Both the position numbers and the translations under genes were made by a program. Shown one piece after another: positions 23,101-35,532 of a DNA stretch of 64,000 nt (the first letter of the stretch is position 1; every line of letters starts with the position of its first letter). This DNA comes from Lingula anatina (lineage: Eukaryota > Animalia > Brachiopoda). The stretch is from assembly GCA_051362555.1 (NCBI GenBank), contig CM120640.1:12276001-12340000 (forward strand), read 5' to 3'. Below the pieces are notes generated by a model. It saw only the letters and a program-made list of their open reading frames with translations. It was not told where the DNA came from and made no database searches.

Positions 23101-26100
23101 GAGTTTGCCCCATACATGCAGAGAGTACAAATAAAGCTCTTTGTTGCATGCATGTCTTCATGAGAGCTTAAAATGCTTTGACTAGAGCATTTAAAAGGGC
23201 AATGCTGGCATTTCAAATTTTTTTCAGCTTCTACAGCATTTGGGGTACTATCCATTCCAGCATCATTTTTCATGGTCTTCTCCACCTTTTCTTTCTGTTC
23301 CTTCATAACTTCTGCTTGTGGAGGTTTGTATTTCAATATTTTGGGTCTTTTCTGAATACAGGAGATAAATGTGCTCACAACTATCTTCCTAGCTTCTGCA
23401 GGGTGTTCAGTGCTAATGTGTGTGATCAATGTCTTCTTACTTTGTGATACCAATTTGCAGTAAGGGCATTCAATCAATTTTACAGTGCTGGCAGTAAGGT
23501 GGTTGACTAGATCTTCCAAAGTGTTAAACTCCATCTTGCAGTAATAACAACTGGCAGACATATTGGGGTGCTGACTGTTGCAGTGTGCTTTGTATGCTAC
23601 CACAGAATCAGAACCAAACTTACACCCTGGGAAAGAACACTGGTAGAGACGCTTGGTCATTCTCTTCATGTGCTGCTTCATGTGAGTGATGATCTTATCA
23701 TCTGTATCACATGTGGTGTCACAATAGGCACAAGGATACAAGTTGCTGGAGTGCTTGATTCTCAGGTGCATTTTGAAGCCATCTACATCATCTGTGAAGA
23801 AAGCACATTGGGTGAACCCACACTGGTAGAAACCAAGTGTGTTATGTGAGGAAACTTTCTCAGTTGTAGTAGCTGGTCTCCCTGAAGTCATGCCACTGGA
23901 CTTCCCTGAAATAAGCTGGACAAAGTTACTATCTCCATAGCCCTGCATTTCTCTTTCAGCTCTTTTCATTATTCTTGGGCCCTTATCCAAGTCTGGTGGT
24001 GTTTCAAGCAGTCCTTGGGAAATCTTACTATTTTGAAATAATTCACGCAAACTTTGGCACTGGTTAGTTGAATCATGTGAAACTACATCTATATGTTCCT
24101 CAACCAGGTCAGGCAACCCATTCTCTTCACTATTAGTTGTTTCTTTATCCCACTGTTGCTGATGGCTCAAATCTGTTGCTGAACCCAATATCGGAGTCTG
24201 TATAGTGTCTGAATCTGTCAGCTCATTCTGTTCTGCTTTGCTTCCAAAATCTGCCCCATTCAAACTGTAAGTGGCAGCTATGATGGGCAGGCCATCATTA
24301 TTTTCCTTTTGGGGTGATGGTGTGACAATTGTGGTCTCACTGACTGGCTGAGACTCTGTGTGTAACCCACTGTCTGTTACTGAAGAAACATCCCTACCAC
24401 TGGTTACAACTACTTCCGTACTTGGTGGAATTGCTTCAACTTCCTTGCTGGATGTCTGTTGATCATTTTTTTGCCTTTCAACCTCAGAATCCACTTGAAA
24501 GGGAACCAAAATGGAAAAATCTTAGCATTTTTTGTAACAGAAATGAAGAGTTTAGTTTTGGGATATCCTTTTAAAAAACTTATAACCAAAATACATGGTA
24601 TTATCTACTGGAGGGCCAATTAAATATTATTTTTAAAAAAATATATATTTACCATACTTTGTGGTTTCTTAATAACTGATTAGGACAAAAATTAAAATAT
24701 TTGTTCCCAATTGTCATATTACTGGCATGCTCGCACACAGAAGGGCTTTATGTCATATTACCGATTTTTCTAGACAGGTATAAAATTTTATTGTTAATCA
24801 TAAGGATACTAAATATGTTTCATCTCTGAACAATAATTAATGGTCTTTGTGACATTAAAAATAAATAAATAAACAAGTCATCAGAATCATTTACTTGAAA
24901 CTGAAACGCTTCAGAGAATACTTGTATCAAATGTCATGTATTTTTATCTTCTATTAATTAAAAAAAAAAAATGAAAAATTCAAAATACCTTCAGCTATAA
25001 CAAGTCTCCCTTCTTCCTCATCACTGTCCACTGACAGGTCAATTGCAACTGGCTCTGACGTATCTGGTAAAACACACATATGTACAGGTAAATAATCAAT
25101 ATTGCCGCATTCAACCAATCCAAACTGTCACATGGTAAAACAAAGCCAAGTTACATTTATTAATTTATCTTGTTATTTGCAGCAAGTTAAGAAATAAATA
25201 GGACCAGGGGCCCTGAAGGTGACAGTACATAAAGGTTAAGGGCAGGAAATGTTTATGATGTAATTATGGTATTATAAGAGTGATGGAAGAAGGAAAAATC
25301 AGATGAAGATCAAATCCATAACATATGCTGCTGTTTAGAAGCACAGGACAATAAATGTGCCTGATACTATACTTTTAGGTAAAAAATCAATCAATCATTT
25401 TGGGGAATAAAAATCCACCAGATAAGTAATGGTTACCCACAGATCTCTTCTTAACAAATGTACCATCTTTAGATCCCAAATCAAAGCTGTTAGTTTTTGG
25501 TTTTACCATGCTGTTTATTCATCATCAAAATAGGATTCAGTGGGTTAAAAGAGCCTTTCATTGGTAAAAATGTTCTTTCTTTGCTTTGAAAAGATTCACA
25601 TCTTACTAAAGAAAGTTGGATGAGAAGTGAGCATTAGGGTGTGCAAGTAAGACAGGATAAAATGACTCATATACTTTTTATTAGAAGACACTTTAAAAGG
25701 ACTACTCAGAGCCATGCTAATGCTGTCAAGCAAATAGGATATAATAGGAATCACAAATGAAGTGAGGTATTGAACATGTAGATCAAGGACAAGACCCAAT
25801 AAAAATCAACAAGGAACAAAGTAGTCCGATTTTCCATGCAAGCATCTCCCACTGTGAAAGAAATATCTGCCTTTACCCAAGCCATGGTCAAGCTTATACC
25901 TTTCTAGCTCTACCCAGTATGTCACAGTTAATCTATGTTTTTTAAATTTAAGTAGATAGCTAAATTTTCCTCCTGCATATATATGTGTATATATATAAAT
26001 ATATATATATATATGCCAAGTGAACCAAAAAATTTCAAAAACAGCTTTGATGCTACACATACCTGCTATGCCAGAGTTCTGCTTTCCAGTTACTGTTTTG

Positions 26101-28314
26101 GACTGATCAGATGTTTGCTGTTGGCCATGAAGCCTATTGCCTGTTACACTGATTGAGTCTGTCATTGGCTGAGAGGATTTTGGCACTGTGGGCTAAACAA
26201 AAATAAAACAGTTGTACTCGGTAAGTTGTACTGAGATAGACAGAAAATAAGGAACAGCTGGGTTGGTTTTATTTAACAACATATAAGCACCACATTAAAA
26301 CTGCTTTGTCTGTCTGTTTTTATTCTTAACAACGTGAACAACAATGACCAAAACTATATAGACAATATTTTAAATTTACATTATAAAATCATAATGTCAA
26401 GGGAGTTATTGAAATTGATATTCATATCAAAAATAAAAATTTAATATACCAAAATGCAAATTATACAAAAGCAGTAACAGTTAGCATACTGGGAAATTAT
26501 TTTACTTAATTCTATTATTTAAGTAAGGTAAGGAAGCAACAGCGTCTATTTTTAGATCGATTCTGATACGGTACATAAAAAGTTTAAATATTTTAATTAT
26601 ATTCTGTCTCCTTCATCAAAATGAGCTATTGATGTTAAGATGCAGCATACACAATCTTGAATATGTCCAATCTTGCATGGGTGAAAGTGAACCTCCCACA
26701 TTGCCTCCCACATACATCTTTGGTGAAAAATACTTATCTCCTCACATCTTACAAATTTCAATTTAAGCTAGAAAAATACTTAACAAGCTTAAAAAGCGCC
26801 CAGCTGACATTATTAGGCAACTTAAATATCTAACTAAAACTTTATAAGATGGGACTTACCAAAGAAGGACTTTGTTTGGGAATAACAAAGTTAACCTTTA
26901 TTGCATCTGCTACAGACATAGCATTCTTGATGGCATCAATTGCTCTGTTATTTCTAATCTGTGGTAAATCTGCATTATTCACTTCTACCAGTTTTGTTGC
27001 ATTCCTCCTATTCTTCTCCATGTCCAGTGAAGCCAGCATATTTGTAATTAGTGAGCAAACGGGAATATTACCACTGACTAGTGTGGGGAAATTGCAATGT
27101 GTGCACCTTAAATAGTTCTTGTGAAGGTGTCCCCATACGTGAACGTAAAATAATCGCCTGTCCTTTGTCTGGGCACCACAGGTTTCACAAACATAAGCAT
27201 TGTTCACAATATTACATTTCAAAACAAGGGAGTTTTGCTTATGGTAGCTTTTGGGAATTGGTGTACTTGTTTGGACACTTGATTTTCCTTGCACTACAGC
27301 TGCTGAAGGACTGGTACTTGAACTAGGCTTGCTGACAATCAAAGGCATAGGCGGAACAACTAAGGCACGAGTATCTGATACAGTTTCTTTTTCCCCAGAA
27401 GCAAGATGGCCAGTACTGCTCAAAGAGAGACCAGCAATATTGTCCCCAGAAACTTGCAAAGACAATGTGTTGGTCCCTGGTGAAGGAGTAGAACCCTGAC
27501 CTTGATGTATTAATTGACTTGCACTTGAAAATGTTTCTTTTAGCTCCTGTGGTGCAGATTTTTGAGGGGGTGGTATGTTGAAACAGCTGATATCCTGAAA
27601 CTTTGACCCAGATTGTAAAATATTCAACCAATATTTGTTATAATTACTGGGATGTGTTTTCTCGGCACTAGATCCTGTGCCATAGGCTTGCTCTTTTGTG
27701 ACCTGAATATCAGTGTTTTTTTCCTGGCTCTGTGTTTCTGGTTTTTGCTCAGGAATACTGACACCAGCATTATCTTTCTGGGTGCTGGAGGCCACATCTT
27801 CTGGTTCGATGATAGTGATATCACCATCATCTTCTGAGGTCTGACAGACTTGTAGCAATGGCTCGGTTCTGGCACCTGTGAAGGAAACATTGTTTTCCTG
27901 CCCTCTCCCAGGACTTATATTGACTGCACTTCCAGGTTCAACCTGTACATCTTTGAAAGGACTTGGTGCTACTTCTTCATCAGGCTTTTCACTTTCTGTT
28001 GGAAAATTTTCATTTCCAAGTTTATACCCGCTACTGGATGCAGGGTTTTGAAAGTCTCCTATAACACCACTACTAATGCCTGAAGCCTGTGTTGCTTTTT
28101 TTTCCTCAGTGGGCACTGGTTCTGAAACCGATTGAGATGTGCTTCTGATAAACTGCACAAATTGTTCAACAAGGTCAGTTTCTTGGCTCTCCTTTTGCTT
28201 AACCATAGGTTTGACCTCATCTGTCACTTTGCTTTCTGAGTGCCTGCCCACTTCAGAGTTATCAGCCACATTGGTATTACCATCTGCCAAAGGCTTATTG
28301 ATAGATTCCATCAT
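11128..28314 (-). CDS. Giant multi-C2H2 zinc-finger protein (~4711 aa, ~50 fingers), 5 coding exons
   Basis: Exons (minus strand): 28314-26860 (ATG at 28314, acceptor ttccag before 28325, donor TTG|gtaagt), 26192-26063, 25063-24989, 24493-12889 (11,605 bp, donor AA|gtaagt), 11998-11128 (TGA). Intron phases 0,1,1,2 all join in frame; total 14,136 nt = 4712 codons. About 50 C-x2(4)-C-x12/13-H-x3-4-H motifs counted by eye; no canonical TGEKP linkers. Confidence 0.85.
12889..24493 (-). CDS. 11.6-kb internal exon of the zinc-finger gene (matches the 3874-aa ORF)
   Basis: Uninterrupted ORF 12885-24509. Acceptor tttcaag|TG at 24493 and donor AA|gtaagt at 12889 match the phases of the neighbouring exons. 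Confidence 0.9.
17209..17270 (-). repeat. In-frame 21-bp x3 coding repeat (GTSPTKG/TTSPLKG/ATSPSKG)
   Basis: ggtgaagta at 17218, 17239 and 17260. Confidence 0.8.
18171..18296 (-). repeat. In-frame 42-bp x3 coding repeat (AAPNSDASxxLxAx)
   Basis: gcatcagaatt at 18193, 18235 and 18277. Confidence 0.85.
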
Positions 28315-28575
28315 GCAACTGTTATCTGGAAGAAAACATGTCCTATAAGTCACAATAAGCAAATATAATTTATCAAACATATCTGAACATATTAAAATGA
28401 ACACATTATACACAGTTTGCTAAGTCTGAGACACATGAAGCTTCTCTTATTCAACCGATGAAATAAAGACATTTGTTCTAAATAATATACATTTAAACTT
28501 CAAAAGCTTCAGATCTGTGGATTACTTTTCATAATCTTAGTACAAATGGGAGTTCTAAGTATAATCTGTTCTAAG

Positions 28576-28780
28576 CAGGGCTTTTCCCAGGATTGGGGGT
28601 ACAGGCCATCCAAAATTAACACCTGTAATTTCCTACAAAATTTCAGGGAGTCCAAGTATGCTTTAAGCTGTCACATTTCCAAAAAATCCATAAGCCTTCC
28701 AGCCGCCGAATATATAGGCAGTCCAGTGATTCTGGCGGCCGTCCAAATGACAGCTGGATGGTTTGCTGGGAAAACCCTTG
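28576..28780. mobile_element. hAT-type MITE
   Basis: Imperfect 15-bp TIR cagggcttttcccag / ctgggaaaacccttg. Exact 8-bp TSD gttctaag at 28568-28575 and 28781-28788. Confidence 0.88.
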
Positions 28781-28797
28781 GTTCTAAGTATAACTTA

Positions 28798-29055
28798 GGC
28801 TTCATTCACATGCAATGTCTATATTCTAAATTCTATTTTCTATTCGCGGTATGTCTTATGATCACGGTCTGTGCCCTGAATATCCCGCGGCGTAATTACT
28901 GGCAGCGCGAGCCAGTTACTATAAGTTACTATAAGTAACTGCCTCGCGCTGCCAGTAATTACACGGCGGGATATTCAGGGCACAGACCGTGATCATAAGA
29001 TAGTGCGAATAGAAAATAGATTTTTAGAAAATAGACATTCCATGTGAACGAAGCC
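28798..29055. mobile_element. MITE family B, internally deleted near-perfect palindrome
   Basis: Same arms as 10185-10663 with no central spacer; TTA TSD at 28795-28797 and 29056-29058. Confidence 0.92.
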
Positions 29056-29660
29056 TTATTGTCATTCCTGTGGTTATTCCAAAATTTCATTAAAATAAAA
29101 TTCTGATTCCTAAATACTCTACTGTGATATTTCTGGACCTTCTACATTTATTTTGATCATGTTATAAAGGTTTTGCAAGAAAATAAAACTTCAATGTCAT
29201 ATGCAGGATGCAGCACAGCAGGCTAACTGCAATTATCAAAAGTGATGTTTAAAATCAATTTCACAAAGTTAAAAACTGTGCTTAAATGCAAATTCAAAAT
29301 AAAAATCGATGTTGATAACATGTGGGTGGGCTAACTTATTTTCTTTCAACCAAATCACAATTAAATAACTGATAAGTTGGTGAAGAATGACTGAAAAAGA
29401 GTTACACTGAACACAGTGTCATCTTAATATTTGAATCCAGTTATGGCTGGTGCCCTTGGGTTTGGAAAAGCATCCAGTCAGGGCTTAAGATTTGTGACTT
29501 CTTTTATAAATGTATATTCCACATAGTTTATATAATGCAATTCACTATTTGTATTTCCATGTGAACTGTTACATTTTTAGGTTTCTGTACCCTCTTTTTC
29601 CAATGCTCCATTTCCACGAACTCTCTGACACAAGTGTAACAATATATTCTTAACTACTTA

Positions 29661-29897
29661 GGGACCCTATCGTACTAACTTTGGATCGATCTATCTCCGA
29701 GGGGATTCTTGCTAAATGGAAATCAAACTAAGTGGCTTAGATATCTGTCACGGCAAGGTGGCAGGGGTATAATTAATGACGGCAGTTTCAGTGGGTGTAC
29801 TAGACATCTAAGCCACTTAAGCTGAAAGCAATTTAGCGAGAAACCCCTCAGAGATGGATCAATCTTGTTAGATCGATCTAGGTATGGGAACCCAGTC
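29661..29897. mobile_element. MITE family A copy
   Basis: gggacc...ggatcgatctatctcc...tagatcgatctaggtatgggaacccagtc, flanked by TTA on both sides. Confidence 0.85.
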
Positions 29898-31331
29898 TTA
29901 CATAGTATCCAGGCAAACCTTAAGTAAGATGACATTCAAAATATATTAGTCTCACTGAACTGGGAACTAAACTAATCCACCCACTGGCCTCCTCTGCTGA
30001 TGGTTTCTTAAATGTATATCTAATATGAAGGTCACAGTGGGTAATGATGAAGAAGATAACTGAAGCATGGTTCCAAGTGTTTTAGGTAGGAGATCACTGA
30101 AGCCAGTGACCAGAGATGGAGATAGCAAGTCAAAGAGTGATATTGATTTTTCTGCCTCCAGCCATGTAAATGAATTTCAACAAATAAAAACTTACACAGA
30201 CAAATGGAGCAGTTATAATTTTTCAGAAATCAAATTCCAGTACATTCACAGCAAATCAGTAACAGAAATTAACTAGACATACAGTGACTGGGAGCAGTCA
30301 TTAATTATACCCCTGCCATGGTGCTGTAACCCTCCTCATGGCGAAGGTGGAAACCTTTTGTTGAGGCCAGATGGTACTGGAATAGGCAGGAGGTTTTCCG
30401 ATAGGCCAAAATCAAAATGGCAGCAATCTAGGATGCACTACAAGTGCAATTTTGGAAAGGAACCTTCCTTTGAAATCTATCATGTCAAACTCCATGGCAA
30501 ACATCTCACATGCACTATGTGTCCAATTTTGGAAAGGAACCTTCCTATGATCATAAGGAATCTATCATGTCAAAATGAAAACAATCCTCAAAAGGTTTTT
30601 CCATATGGCCATATGGGATACCGACATCTCCTTTACATGGCGACTGTTCCCATAAAAAGACAAACTGTTTACTTGCAGAATTTATCCAGACAGTAGGGCG
30701 CATGCACACAGAAGGAAGAGTACAAAACAGTACCCCCCCCCCCCCCCCCCCCCCCCCCAATCATACACCAACATTGGATGCCTCTGCTGGTTACTGGATA
30801 TAGCTGCTGGATGCCTCCAAGTCAACACTTAGATGTGTCCTGCTAACACAAGCAACATAAAAAAACCTACACTGAGAATTTGATGACAATCAATCAAATA
30901 CAACAGAAGTTAACAAGAAAACAATGTAGGTTACATGATTTAGCTTACCAACATCCAGTCAGAAGTATGCAAATAAATGACAAATTACCCGTGGTAAAAA
31001 AATTGGAAAATGAAAAGAGTGAGGTGCTCAAATAAAAACACATCACTGCAAATTTAATGGAAATCAACTACGTACAACAGAAGTTAACAGCCAGAAACCA
31101 ATCTTGTTGGATAACTAGAAGCCATCACCAAGTCTTGTTGGATAACTAGAAGCCATCGCCTACAACACCAGGCCAAATAAGGCCTGGTGTTGTAGGCGAC
31201 ACTAAAATAGTGAAATTCGCCACTGTCCATCTCCATTATGAGGGCATCTCAAAAATAAAAAATAAAAACTGTAAAATTGGTTTATAGACTATAATTAATT
31301 TGTGAGCACCATTTACATATGGTATAACTTA

Positions 31332-31578
31332 GGGACCATTCCCACTGATATTTGGATCAATCTATCTCCCTGGGGAGTTTCACTAAATTGCTATCAACTT
31401 AACTGGCTTAAATGTCTGTCATGCCTAGTAAAGCTGTTAGGGGTAATTATCTTTACCCCCAAGCTGATTCGGTAGGGGTGACTGACATTTAAGCCAGTTA
31501 AGTTGATAGCAATTTAGCGAGACTCCCCAGGGAGTTAAACCAATCCAGATGAAGCGAGCTAGGCATGGGAACCCAGTT
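31332..31578. mobile_element. MITE family A copy
   Basis: gggaccattccc...ggcatgggaacccagtt; homologous to the 29661 and 39164 copies; left flank TTA. Confidence 0.85.
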
Positions 31579-34500
31579 TTCGGGTGATTAGGAGAAAAGT
31601 GCTGAAATTTCCAAGAAAATTTTCTTTTGTTACGTAAGGTCTATTGTACATTGTGTGCCTGTAAGTTTAAGACTAAAAGACCTTTTAAAATGAAAATCAA
31701 TATATAATTATAGTAAAGAACTATCCAAATATAAAGTAGCATTGTTTCAATATCAAAAGGATAAAATATGTAACCTTGACACAGCATGATTCCTAATGAA
31801 ATCTGTTACAGCATGCCATGTGAGTGATCAAGTAGTTAGTGCATACTTGTCTTCAGTATGAGAACATATTGCATGTCAGAAAGTGGAAAACAGTTCCATT
31901 CCATTCCACAACAAAATGATAGACATGCAATGAACACGCTAATTATCTAGTACAGAAAATCATTTAATTAGTTTTATTAACCTTTACAGACAAGCCCAGA
32001 TGTTTCATATTCTGTTACTAATAGCAGCTAAGAGTCTGGAGTACACGATAAAATCAAATCCTGCCAATGCTGGAAAAAGTGGGTAAAGATATGCTTAGAC
32101 CCCTCAGTAAAAATCAAGAAAAACATTAAACTTGACAATCAAATCAGTCAACCAGTCATCAAAAATATTCAGGCCCAGTAGACCTTTTGTGCCCCACCCC
32201 ACCCCTTCCTCAACACTCAGTTTCACTCCAGGTCTTTTGATCTATTTCTAGCTATCTCTTACATGTCCCTGTATCAGACAGATAATTAGTTATACTACTG
32301 TAATGTTGTCAGAATTGACAAGTTGGGGGGGGGGGGGGGGGGGGGACATACCATCAAGCATCCACATACAGTAATTCCCTCTAAGTGTTCCTTGTCATTG
32401 CATTTTTTAAAGAAAATTGCTCTTTCTACTTGGCAAGAGTCTGCTGCTACATGCTGCCAACAAGCACTCATTCAATCTGAACTAAAGCAAGAATCTTCTG
32501 AAGTGTGGTAGCATACAGCATGCTTTGACCTATATAAAACACCTAGCATACCAGGAGTATAGCATACAGCTTATTATGGCCCAGTCAGTGCATTACACAC
32601 CATGTGGCTTATGGTCCCTGCATTACAGTTCAAAACACAATATGGATCCCAAGTCCAGACACAAATTACTATCACTGCAGTATCCATCATATAAAAGATT
32701 TGTGAAATTCATTCAGGTCCCAATTTTGACTGCGTGTTATTTTTACTTTTCATATTGAATCTTCAAAGTTCATTCTCACAAGTGTTAAAAAAAGAAACAT
32801 CAAAAGAAGCAGCATTCTTGGTCATTTTACTTCAAGAATAATAACTGAACTTATCAGCTGACATATAAATAAGCATTCTCTGCCACAAGCATAAAAATGT
32901 CTCAACGGGCAGCTGTTTTACACCAATCATATATAAAACATGGGCTTTGGGCACTGTTGACTAGATTATCAACATAGTCACTGATTCCAACTTCACAGCA
33001 GTCACATAAACCACAGCCATAAAATTAGTTAAGCAAAACAGGGTGGCAACTATTTTTATCCAAATGACTATTGCTAATGTAGAAATATTTATAAACAGGT
33101 TAATGTCATTAGTCTTGGGTGCCCATTTTTGCTCTCCCTGCAACCCTTATCTAGTTGACTTGGATGTTACCTGGCAGAAATGATTAAATAATTGGACTTT
33201 ATACTAGGTTTCACTCAGTTCAACGAAGAAGTGAATTATTGATCAAAATATAGAAGCACTTGAGAACACACGCATGGTTTTGAGATGGCTTATATAGAAG
33301 GTTTCAACCACAACCAGCTAGATAAAAAAATACTTTCACAGAGTTGTATTATTTGACAGTCTTTGCACTACAAATTAATCAATAACCATTCTTATTATGT
33401 TAACTATGGGAAGACAGAAGAATGACAATGAGGGCAGAATGAGATGAAAATGGTCCCAATGTGATCATTCGTTGCCTATATCTTTATGGACAAACTGTAC
33501 TTTGTTTACACAGGTCAACTGATCTAACTACTAGAAAATTGGGTCAGGACCAGCTTGTGTTCAGAAAGGGCAGAAAATATGCTCGGATCAATCACCAGCC
33601 ACCTGAAAGTAGATTCTGAATTGGACTTATGAGTCTCTGGTGGCCTTAGGCTATACCATAACCACACATTTATATGGTTAGACAACCTCTGTAAAGTTGA
33701 CAACAACCCAACAAAGACTGCTAGTGTAGCCTCTTATTTCTGACCCTGCATGAAGCAAATGAATCATCTAGAACACATGGAAATGACTTGAGCAACAGCA
33801 CTTGTTCACAGTCAATCCCATAGCATGTTGGATATTATGTTCAATCTATTATGGATAATAAATTCGCTCTAATCAAACAAGAAAAACAGAACAGATTCTT
33901 CTCATGTGACTATCATGATATTTAAGATATTATATAAATAAAAGTCTCCCATATCAAAACTGTATCCACACAGAGGGTCTGTACCATTCCCCTGGAGCCA
34001 GATTAGACATACAGTACACCAAAGGAAGTTCTAGATAAGGTGTTATATATGCATTGTTTGGTCCAACCAAAATGAGGCCACTGGATGTAGGAAACCATAT
34101 CCTCCAATTCTGAGAAATTTAAATCAAGAAGTTGTAGTTGTACAACTTCTTTGAACAATATTGAAAATTGTATGGCAACTGATTAAGTCACCCAATGGGA
34201 TATTTCTTCTAACTATCCAACTCAACATTTTGCTCAAATTTTTCAGATTAGAGACAAGCAGAAAATAAGTATTAGAATGACCTGTGTACTGGCAGATTTT
34301 AGATAATTGTAAAAACATCTGGGTGCAGAACACATTTCCTCCACCTGCATTACTGCATAAACTGAAAATATTGCACATACAATAGCACAAAGAATTTTTC
34401 ATGTATTATCAGTATAGTTGTGTATCATATTGCCTGTACCAGCTCACTGAACAATTGTAAGATATTCTCAAATCATGTCTTCAATGGTCCATTGATCAAT

Positions 34501-34857
34501 CTAAGAAATATGTCAAAAGTAAATCCTGATGAATCAAATTACTTAGACAATAACTGTAGCTGTTATATGAATCAAAACAAGTGTATGAGGACTACATACA
34601 GAAGACAAAAGAAAAAAATTTTTTTGCTTGACTCCACCTCTGAATGAGTTCTAACTTTCATGTATCATGTGCTAGAAGGTGGACAATCAATGCTTGACCA
34701 GCACAAAACTCTGAAGTGTTTCATGACTTGCAACTAACTGGCTATAAAAATGAAGTCCAGTGATTGGCAATTAAAGATCAGTTGCCTTCAACTTCATAGG
34801 CTGTTACACACAGGGCATGGCTTTTATACTGTTGGTCCACTCCTTCATGCATACTTA

Positions 34858-35114
34858 GACTGTGATCCCATAAACCCATCATACTAGCTGGATTGATCTA
34901 ACTCTGCGGGGCTTCTCGCTAAAGTGCTTTCAGTGTAATCAGCTTAACAGTCTGGCATGCCCCCTTACATAGCTAGGGAGTAATTGACTAATGTTAATTA
35001 CCCCCTAACAGCCTGAGTAGATTTGCCAGCTGCTTACACTGAATGCAATTTAGCAAGAATTCTTGCAGAGTCAGATAGATCCACCCTGTACAATGAGTTT
35101 ATGGGAACACTCCC
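34858..35114. mobile_element. MITE family A copy (diverged subfamily)
   Basis: gactgtgatcccataaac...gtttatgggaacactccc with TTA on both flanks; shared ctcgctaaa/tttagcaag and taattaccccct motifs. Confidence 0.8.
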
Positions 35115-35532
35115 TTACTGTGACAAGGAGGTCATGTTCACAAGAATGCCCGTGGTTACGTAATATTTTAACCATGGGTATAGCTGTGTTGAACAAATAA
35201 TAATGTTATGTTCACTGAAGGGGCTTCTCGCTAAAGTGCTTTCAGTGTAATCAGCTTAACAGTCTGGCATGCCCCCTTACATAGCTAGGGAGTAATTGAC
35301 TAATGTTAATTACCCCCTAACAGCCTGAGTAGATTTGCCAGCTGCTTACACTGAATGCAATTTAGCAAGAATTCTTGCAGAGTCAGATAGATCCACCCTG
35401 TACAATGAGTTTATGGGAACACTCCCTTACTGTGACAAGGAGGTCATGTTCACAAGAATGCCCGTGGTTACGTAATATTTTAACCATGGGTATAGCTGTG
35501 TTGAACAAATAATAATGTTATGTTCACTGAAG
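34909..35532. repeat. 312-bp tandem duplication, apparently identical copies
   Basis: 34909-35220 is repeated at 35221-35532. Each unit contains the 3' ~80% of the MITE plus ~105 bp of flank. Confidence 0.93.

Noticed and set aside
13030-23849. Many short plus-strand ORFs antisense to the giant exon
   Set aside because: Shadow ORFs expected opposite a long coding exon; no recognisable domains.
26842-28413. ORF-track start at 28413 and stop at 26842 as true gene ends
   Set aside because: Both extensions run into intron sequence; the acceptor at 28325 and donor at 26860 define the exon.
30734-32345. Poly-C (30734-30758) and poly-G (32325-32345) tracts as an inverted pair, and poly-Gly ORFs
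   Set aside because: Simple homopolymers; the flanks are not complementary beyond a few bases.
33480-33720. Possible reverse-transcriptase fragment (FRKGR-like)
   Set aside because: Too degenerate to support without a search.
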